DNA of 64,000 nucleotides from Desulfomonilia bacterium (GTDB lineage Bacteria; Desulfobacterota; Desulfomonilia; UBA1062): NCBI GenBank assembly GCA_963664325.2, contig CAXXDQ010000007.1, positions 32,001 to 96,000 of the forward strand, read 5' to 3'. Shown piece by piece: positions 58,206 to 64,000 of this stretch (position 1 is its first letter; each line of letters starts with the position of its first letter). The notes under the pieces were generated by a model. It saw only the letters and a program-made list of their open reading frames with translations, ran no database searches and was not told where the DNA came from. The position numbers and the translations under genes were made by a program.

Positions 58206-59299
58206 ATCCAGTTCGCCTTAATCGAACTGAGTTCCGGGACTTTTATGTCTTCAATCGTTATCATGCGCGGATCTGCCTGGCCTATGCCGAGTTCGGCCGA
58301 GCGGTATATCTGCACCTGATCCCATACGCTCTTTTCGACATAGGGCAGACTCACCTTCTTTTCTGTACCGAAAAACTTAAGCACTGCAAGGGCCAGCGAG
58401 TCGCACGCAACCCTGTCCCTGCCCGCAAGTATGAGTCCAGCCTGGACATATACCGGTTTGGCAAGCATGCCGTCAGGGCCTCCATGTACCATTATCCTTG
58501 TGGCATCCACAATATTCAAAGAAGGCTTCGAGCAGAGGTTCAGCTCAGCTATCTTCTCCCCGATATTGTGCTGATGCAGGGCATTCGAGCCTGACTGGAA
58601 GCGGTCCGACGGGTGGCAGACCCCGACGAACGACTTGAGACAGCAGGTGAACTCTGCGTCTGTCACCTGGTGGTTCTTCAGCACCGGCACATTTATCCAG
58701 TGGTCGGCCTCGGAAAGTATCTTCGGCATCCGGAATCCCTTGGTCCAGTAGCGCTGATTAGGCATGAAACGCACATATTCATCGTTGACCCACGGATAGA
58801 GCTCGGCGCCCTCCTCCTGGCATACACGCTCGAAGCCGCACACCTTCATGGTCCTCATGTCAAGCAGGGCCGGCCTGTCGCCGACCATGGCGTGGCATCC
58901 GCGCTCCTTGACAAGCCTTATCACCGCACGTATCACTTCGGGGTTCGTGGTGATATCCTTGTCCGGTCCTGTGGCATTTGGCTTGATCATGACCCTCTGG
59001 CCTTTTTCGAAATCAGGCAGCCCGCCTGCTGCCTCAACCGCCTCGCGGACAGCCTGTTCGATCGAACTGCCGACGCCAGAGATCGCAACAGTGGTTTTAG
59101 GCATGTCCGGGTAGATACGTGTAGGCGCAACAGCCTGAGGACCCGGGTTCGGAAGGGTCGAGATGGCATTGGCAGTGTACCTGAAGAAGCTGCAGGATGA
59201 GGCAAGAACCCCGGCGCCAAGCGCAGTGCTGACAAGAAAACGGCGACGTGTTATGCAATGATCGGATTTCATCCAGAAACCCACTTCCTGAACTTTCAT
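58202..59299 (-). CDS. Tat-exported DUF362 protein
   Basis: TRRRFLV twin-arginine signal; VMIKPN, PVLKNH and DRVACD motifs. Confidence 0.8.
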   Translation of the reverse strand: MKVQEVGFWMKSDHCITRRRFLVSTALGAGVLASSCSFFRYTANAISTLPNPGPQAVAPTRIYPDMPKTTVAISGVGSSIEQAVREAVEAAGGLPDFEKGQRVMIKPNATGPDKDITTNPEVIRAVIRLVKERGCHAMVGDRPALLDMRTMKVCGFERVCQEEGAELYPWVNDEYVRFMPNQRYWTKGFRMPKILSEADHWINVPVLKNHQVTDAEFTCCLKSFVGVCHPSDRFQSGSNALHQHNIGEKIAELNLCSKPSLNIVDATRIMVHGGPDGMLAKPVYVQAGLILAGRDRVACDSLALAVLKFFGTEKKVSLPYVEKSVWDQVQIYRSAELGIGQADPRMITIEDIKVPELSSIKANWI

Positions 59300-60084
59300 T
59301 GCTTAGGTTTTTTGATGTCTTCCAGTTTCGTCGGCATCAGGTTCGCGGCGCCCTTGAACTCAGCAAAGAATCCAGGAGATAAGGTGCCTGGCTTGATCAG
59401 TCCGGCCCAGGGTTCGTCAGAGCCGATTGCTATGCTTACCATACCCTGCTTAGCTGTCCAGGCCGGCTGCACCACGTTCACCATTGCCACCTTCTGGAAG
59501 ACTGAGCCCTTGTCCGGCGGCACGAAGAGAAAGACAGGGTCAGCAAGCGCTTTTCCGGGCCCGGCCTCCAATATGGAAGCTTCTGTGGATGTGAGATCCC
59601 GAGTGAGCCCTGGTATGAACTCCAATGAGAGCTTGAGCCGGTCTTTGTCTTTTACCTCACCCTTCCATGTGCTGCCGTCCGCCTCGAGCGATATTTCCTT
59701 GGTCACGTACTTAGGGAAGCCAAGGGCCCGGCCTCCCTGATTGGGCACCCATTTGGTCACCGGCATGGTCTTGCAGTGCCAGCCTTCCTGGCCCTTGTAT
59801 TTGGCCCGCAGGAAAACGGCGCCTTCCTGATAGCGGGTCATGGGCCAGGGATGGACCTCGGTGTAATCGACTACGAACAGCGATACCGCAGGCATCTCCG
59901 GCATTTCAAGGGGAGCTGGGAGAAGTTTTCGGTAGAGTTCGAGGTCGGCCGGCTCCACCATCGTGAAAATTCCATGAAACCCGTGAAAGACCCCATTGGC
60001 TTCTATGTTCTTCTGCTGCCATGCGCAGCCTGAGACCATAAAGATCAGTATGCCTAATACTGTCTGCCATTTCCTGCTTTCCAT
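59296..60084 (-). CDS. acetoacetate decarboxylase-fold lipoprotein, paralog 1
   Basis: Lipobox VSG-C; YRKLLP, YQEG and GGRALGFPK; strong similarity to 57459-58205. Confidence 0.75.
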   Translation of the reverse strand: MESRKWQTVLGILIFMVSGCAWQQKNIEANGVFHGFHGIFTMVEPADLELYRKLLPAPLEMPEMPAVSLFVVDYTEVHPWPMTRYQEGAVFLRAKYKGQEGWHCKTMPVTKWVPNQGGRALGFPKYVTKEISLEADGSTWKGEVKDKDRLKLSLEFIPGLTRDLTSTEASILEAGPGKALADPVFLFVPPDKGSVFQKVAMVNVVQPAWTAKQGMVSIAIGSDEPWAGLIKPGTLSPGFFAEFKGAANLMPTKLEDIKKPKQ

Positions 60085-60136
60085 CGTTACCTCCACTGTA
60101 TTCTGATTTCAGGGTTCAGTGCTTCAAAAAACATGT

Positions 60137-61621
60137 TCACCCTTTTGCAAAGACCAGGCTGGTTATGCTGCGCCCCGGGAAGGAATATCCCTTTGGCGCA
60201 TCAGAACTCAGTACTCTGTCAAGATTGTGGCTGTCCGAAGTCTCCCATGCCTCAAGCTTTGCATAACCGGCAAACTCCGGCAGGCGCATGAACAGGGGGC
60301 CAGCGCCGTCGTTGATCACCACCAAAACGATTGTCTGGCCGTCGGGTGAGCGGAAGGCACTCGGTTTGAGGTCTGGTTTGGTCGCCTGGGCCGGTATGCG
60401 CATAAAGCCCGGCCGCACAAAGCGGCTGTAATTGCCGAAGGCCCAGAGGCGCTTGGTTTCTGTGACAGCATGGGTGTCCTCATCCACATAGATAAGGCCG
60501 TCGTGGAAGTCGTATTTGGAGACCGCGATCCATAACTGCCAGGATGCAACGTTCCCGAGGGTAAGGTCCTCGTGCATCATGTCCGCCAGTGTAATGGCCG
60601 AATCCATGCCTGTATCGCGGCCTCCGGCCATCTCGCACCACTCGGTCTGCCAGAGCTTCACCTTTGGATACCGGGCCATGATCAGACAGGCCAGCGGCTG
60701 CTTCATGGCAGTGGTTATTCCGGGGCCATAGGAATGAACGGAAAAGCTGTCTAAACCCGCGGCAACATCCGGGTCGGCCATAAGGACATTGAGGTACATG
60801 TCCGCGGCAAACCATGCGCCGGACTCGACTCCGCTGACCCTGACAGGCAGGCCGGCCATGTCAACCGCACTGATGAGAGAGCGCAGTACCTGAACGCATT
60901 CGTCCGGCGTGTAGTGGCAGCCTTCCTGGCCGCCGCGCCAGGCCCACTGCGGCTCATTGATCGGGCTGATCCAGTTGACGGGAACACCTTCGACATCTCT
61001 TAGATGGCTGATCACATCAATAAGGTAGGCAGTGAAATCTTCCACCATGTCCGGCCTGAGGTTGGACCATGGACTGTGCCATATCGAGTCCGGCGTCAGC
61101 GCTGTCATGAGAATATCCTGGATCAGGGACTGGGCCCCCGGATCAATATTACCCTCGGTTGGCAGGTCCTGGCCGGTTGTCAGACCTGAAACGGTCATGC
61201 GGGCCGGAGGGCTGTTGACAAAGGCCAGCAGGTTTTCGACACCATAGGCGTTCGCCTGCCTGAAGAACCACACCCCGCCGGCATCCCGCGACCAGTCATA
61301 TACCCCTTTTGAAACTTCGAAGGTCTCGGTTGCACGCCAGGCATCCCAGATGCCTGCGCCCGGGCCGCCTGCCCCGATGTTGTAGCGGTACACAGACATG
61401 CCGATGCCTTCATTGCGGTCGAAAAGAAGCATGGCGATACGGTTGCGGACCGGGTCCTCCCAGGTGCCTACATACTGTGCCCACCATGCGCCCGATGCTC
61501 CGAAGCCGTCAATGGTCTGCAGGGTCTGCTTCTGGTTTACGATGAGAGAGCCATCAAAGACACATCCGGGTAAAAAGACGGTGAAGATGCAAAACAGAAC
61601 TGCCAGAAGCATCTTTTTCAT
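60137..61621 (-). CDS. glycoside hydrolase family 30 lipoprotein
   Basis: QTIDGFGAS, RYNIGAG, INEP (acid/base), WQTEW (nucleophile) and GNYSRFVRPG; lipobox LPG-C; start at MKK (ORF track 61681). Confidence 0.88.
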   Translation of the reverse strand: MKKMLLAVLFCIFTVFLPGCVFDGSLIVNQKQTLQTIDGFGASGAWWAQYVGTWEDPVRNRIAMLLFDRNEGIGMSVYRYNIGAGGPGAGIWDAWRATETFEVSKGVYDWSRDAGGVWFFRQANAYGVENLLAFVNSPPARMTVSGLTTGQDLPTEGNIDPGAQSLIQDILMTALTPDSIWHSPWSNLRPDMVEDFTAYLIDVISHLRDVEGVPVNWISPINEPQWAWRGGQEGCHYTPDECVQVLRSLISAVDMAGLPVRVSGVESGAWFAADMYLNVLMADPDVAAGLDSFSVHSYGPGITTAMKQPLACLIMARYPKVKLWQTEWCEMAGGRDTGMDSAITLADMMHEDLTLGNVASWQLWIAVSKYDFHDGLIYVDEDTHAVTETKRLWAFGNYSRFVRPGFMRIPAQATKPDLKPSAFRSPDGQTIVLVVINDGAGPLFMRLPEFAGYAKLEAWETSDSHNLDRVLSSDAPKGYSFPGRSITSLVFAKG

Positions 61622-61839
61622 ACGTACCTCCTCATGTCCAATGGCCGTTCGTCCCGCTGAAGACAAAAACGGCAAGCACAATCTCCTTTTTATGTCCGTA
61701 GGTCATGAATTACAAGTGTAATCTGATCAAACAGGCAAGAGCCTCGACGATGCCGTGACAGTATGCTATACATAAATTTATTGCGCGATAAGAACCGGTA
61801 AAAAATATTCGCATGCTGTAATGAGGGGGGTTTGAAGAA

Positions 61840-63432
61840 ATGCAGAGAATTATCCACGCATTGATCATATCAGGCATCATCTGTTTTTTTGTCGGCTGCA
61901 GTAGCGGCTCATCCGGTACTGATCCCGCTGACAATAACGGCGGGACAGAAGGCGGCGCCGAATCGGCCTACGACCTCTCTTCACTCTCGGGGGCATGGAT
62001 CCTCGAGTCGGATTCATCTTCCATCCGGCCCTATCTGGTCACTGACGGCCAGGGCATGCTTGCCGATTGCAGCATTGCCGGTGGCGGGTCCGGCACATAC
62101 AGTATAGCCCGGGACGGAGCCTTTATTCTTCATGTCAATGGCGCCGACATCTCAGGCCGGCTGAAGCTTCAATATTCCGGCGCAGGCTCGATCAGCTTCG
62201 ATGATTACGGGGATTGGAATATATCAAAGGTCCGTGACCTTTCCCTCTGCCAGGGCACCTGGCAGGGAACCATCAGCGAAGACGGGAAAACCGTCATATC
62301 GCGGGTCATCATCACCGTTGACAACCAGGGTGTAATCACATCCGCGCAGGGTTTGGATGAGCCGGTTTCCGGCCGGATGGTGAGTGTGGCCGGCAGAGTC
62401 GCAGCTTTTATTGCAGAAGGGGAGGACCGGCATAAACTGGCGATCAAGGCAGCCATGAACGGCGATACCATGAACGGAACGGCGGTTGCTGATTCCGCAT
62501 CGGTAATTGCGGGGATCGTGGCATTGAAGAAAGTTGTCTACAACATGGACAACGCCGTCAGTCTCCTCCTCGAACACTATGGCGTGCGCAAGGGGCTCAT
62601 CATCAACGGAGACGACCTGGCCATGGGGCATTTCACCAATGACGGGATATTTGCAGCCTGGGATGCCGGCGCCATTTCGAGTATATCGCTTTTCACCGTG
62701 AGCTTTCCTTTCACCTCGGACGGACAGCCGCTCACCGGTGATCCTTACGCCGAGGCAATTCAGGGCATACATGCGCGTGAAGGGATCGACGTCGGCTGCC
62801 ACCTGACGCTCAATTCAACCGACGGATTCCTTGTACGGCCGGTCCTGCCTCCCGAGCGGATTCCCACACTCGTCGATGCGGACGGATACCTGAAAACGGA
62901 CCGCCTGGCCTTTCTCTTTGCCTCCCGAGACGAAATCAGGGACGAATGCAGGGCCCAGATCGAGAAGGCCCTGGCCAGCGGCGTGCACCTCTCGCATCTG
63001 GACTGTCATGTTGGCTGGGGTCATTTCCCGGGCTGGCCCAGGGAAGTATATGCCGAACTGGCCGACGAGTACCGCCTGCCTCTGCGCTGGGTGATCCGCT
63101 TTCCTGACGAGCCTCCCCTCATAAATCACAGGGTGCTGGTGCCGACAAACTTCATCATTCTCAACGACTCCGGCATTACGGATGTGACCCAGGAGACCGT
63201 GGAGAAACGCAAGCAGTCCCTGCTCAGGACTCTGCGGAATCTCCCTGACGGCATTACGGAAGTGCTCTGCCACCCGAGCCGCGAAAAGTATGACGACCAG
63301 GCCTGGCGAATCCTTGACTATATGATCGTCACCGATCCCGAGGTCCGTGCCCAGATCGACTCTATGCGCTCATCGGGCGAACTGGTGATGCTAGGTTTCA
63401 ATGACCTGAGAAAGACAATGCAGAGGCTGTAA
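61840..63432 (+). CDS. lipoprotein with repeated beta domains + ChbG/YdjC-family deacetylase domain
   Basis: Lipobox VG-C; LIINGDD, GCHLTL, HLDCH and EVLCHP motifs. Confidence 0.82.
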   Translation: MQRIIHALIISGIICFFVGCSSGSSGTDPADNNGGTEGGAESAYDLSSLSGAWILESDSSSIRPYLVTDGQGMLADCSIAGGGSGTYSIARDGAFILHVNGADISGRLKLQYSGAGSISFDDYGDWNISKVRDLSLCQGTWQGTISEDGKTVISRVIITVDNQGVITSAQGLDEPVSGRMVSVAGRVAAFIAEGEDRHKLAIKAAMNGDTMNGTAVADSASVIAGIVALKKVVYNMDNAVSLLLEHYGVRKGLIINGDDLAMGHFTNDGIFAAWDAGAISSISLFTVSFPFTSDGQPLTGDPYAEAIQGIHAREGIDVGCHLTLNSTDGFLVRPVLPPERIPTLVDADGYLKTDRLAFLFASRDEIRDECRAQIEKALASGVHLSHLDCHVGWGHFPGWPREVYAELADEYRLPLRWVIRFPDEPPLINHRVLVPTNFIILNDSGITDVTQETVEKRKQSLLRTLRNLPDGITEVLCHPSREKYDDQAWRILDYMIVTDPEVRAQIDSMRSSGELVMLGFNDLRKTMQRL

Positions 63433-63461
63433 AATGACCGGGATGCAGGCCGGATTGTTCC

Positions 63462-64000
63462 TCACGAGAAGAAGAGCCGGTAGACAGGCCACATGATCAC
63501 GGTCCCGAAAAGCCTTTTGATCGAGTACATATTTTTCAAGGGCAGCCTCTCTGAAACGCCCGGCACCCTTCTGATCTCGCCGGTTCCGGCCTGGTACCAG
63601 TAGGCCGTGCTGGACCAGTCGTCCCAGCGGCGGTTGGCGTGGCCGTGCTCGATAGAGACGCGGATCGAGCTTTTAAACGGTACCGGATCGAGGATGTGGT
63701 AGCGGTAATAGGTTATCTTTCCGCCCCAGTTCGGCCCGCCCCCCATGATGAGCCCGTGATACGGGGCGCAGTAATACTGCGTAGGGCAGAACGCCATGTT
63801 TACATAGTCCTCGGTGCCGGTGCCGTGGATATCTGGAGGGAAGGGCTCGTTATCGACGAAGATCATGTCATCTCCCTCTCCGGGCCAGTCCCAGAACCAT
63901 GAACCGCGGCGGTTGTGGATATTGATATTGCAGCCCACATAGTGGCCTTTACCCTGGGTTTCAAGGATCAGGTAATTGTCCCTGTCGGAAAGATTGGCGC
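63462..64000 (-). CDS. DUF2961 (GH172-like) protein, 5' end outside the window
   Basis: WPGEGDDMIFVD, HGTGTEDY, YRYHILDP and IEHGHAN motifs; frame stays open to the window edge. Confidence 0.85.
   Translation of the reverse strand, partial: ANLSDRDNYLILETQGKGHYVGCNINIHNRRGSWFWDWPGEGDDMIFVDNEPFPPDIHGTGTEDYVNMAFCPTQYYCAPYHGLIMGGGPNWGGKITYYRYHILDPVPFKSSIRVSIEHGHANRRWDDWSSTAYWYQAGTGEIRRVPGVSERLPLKNMYSIKRLFGTVIMWPVYRLFFS

Overview
Window from a GC-rich anaerobic bacterium; gene content suggests a Desulfobacterota/Syntrophales-type deltaproteobacterium (inference). Layout: (1) 1-10705, minus-strand TetR-led CoA-ester operon with a divergent acyl-CoA dehydrogenase pair, three related helical proteins, a four-subunit HgdAB/Bcr-Bzd-like enzyme with two different ATPases, and a stand-alone acetyl-CoA-synthase-beta-like domain. 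(2) ~10750-25210, AT-rich polymorphic toxin island. One Rhs/YD shell appears split across three consecutive genes, each with its own RBS and export signal, with PKD/FnIII/beta-propeller/Ig modules inserted at the break points. It ends in a Zn-phospholipase C/P1-nuclease-like tip, followed by immunity genes and two orphan tips. This is the best candidate for an undescribed system. (3) DUF362 gene, TetR-RND efflux operon and mreBCD-mrdA-rodA. (4) A PadR-associated glycyl radical enzyme/CoA-transferase/PrpD/ACAD/SCP2 cluster, decarboxylases, a second glycyl radical enzyme with a large insertion, exported acetoacetate-decarboxylase-fold lipoproteins, GH30, a ChbG-type lipoprotein and a DUF2961 gene. 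No rRNA, tRNA, CRISPR array, integrase or transposase was recognised. All family calls come from motif recognition by eye, not database searches.
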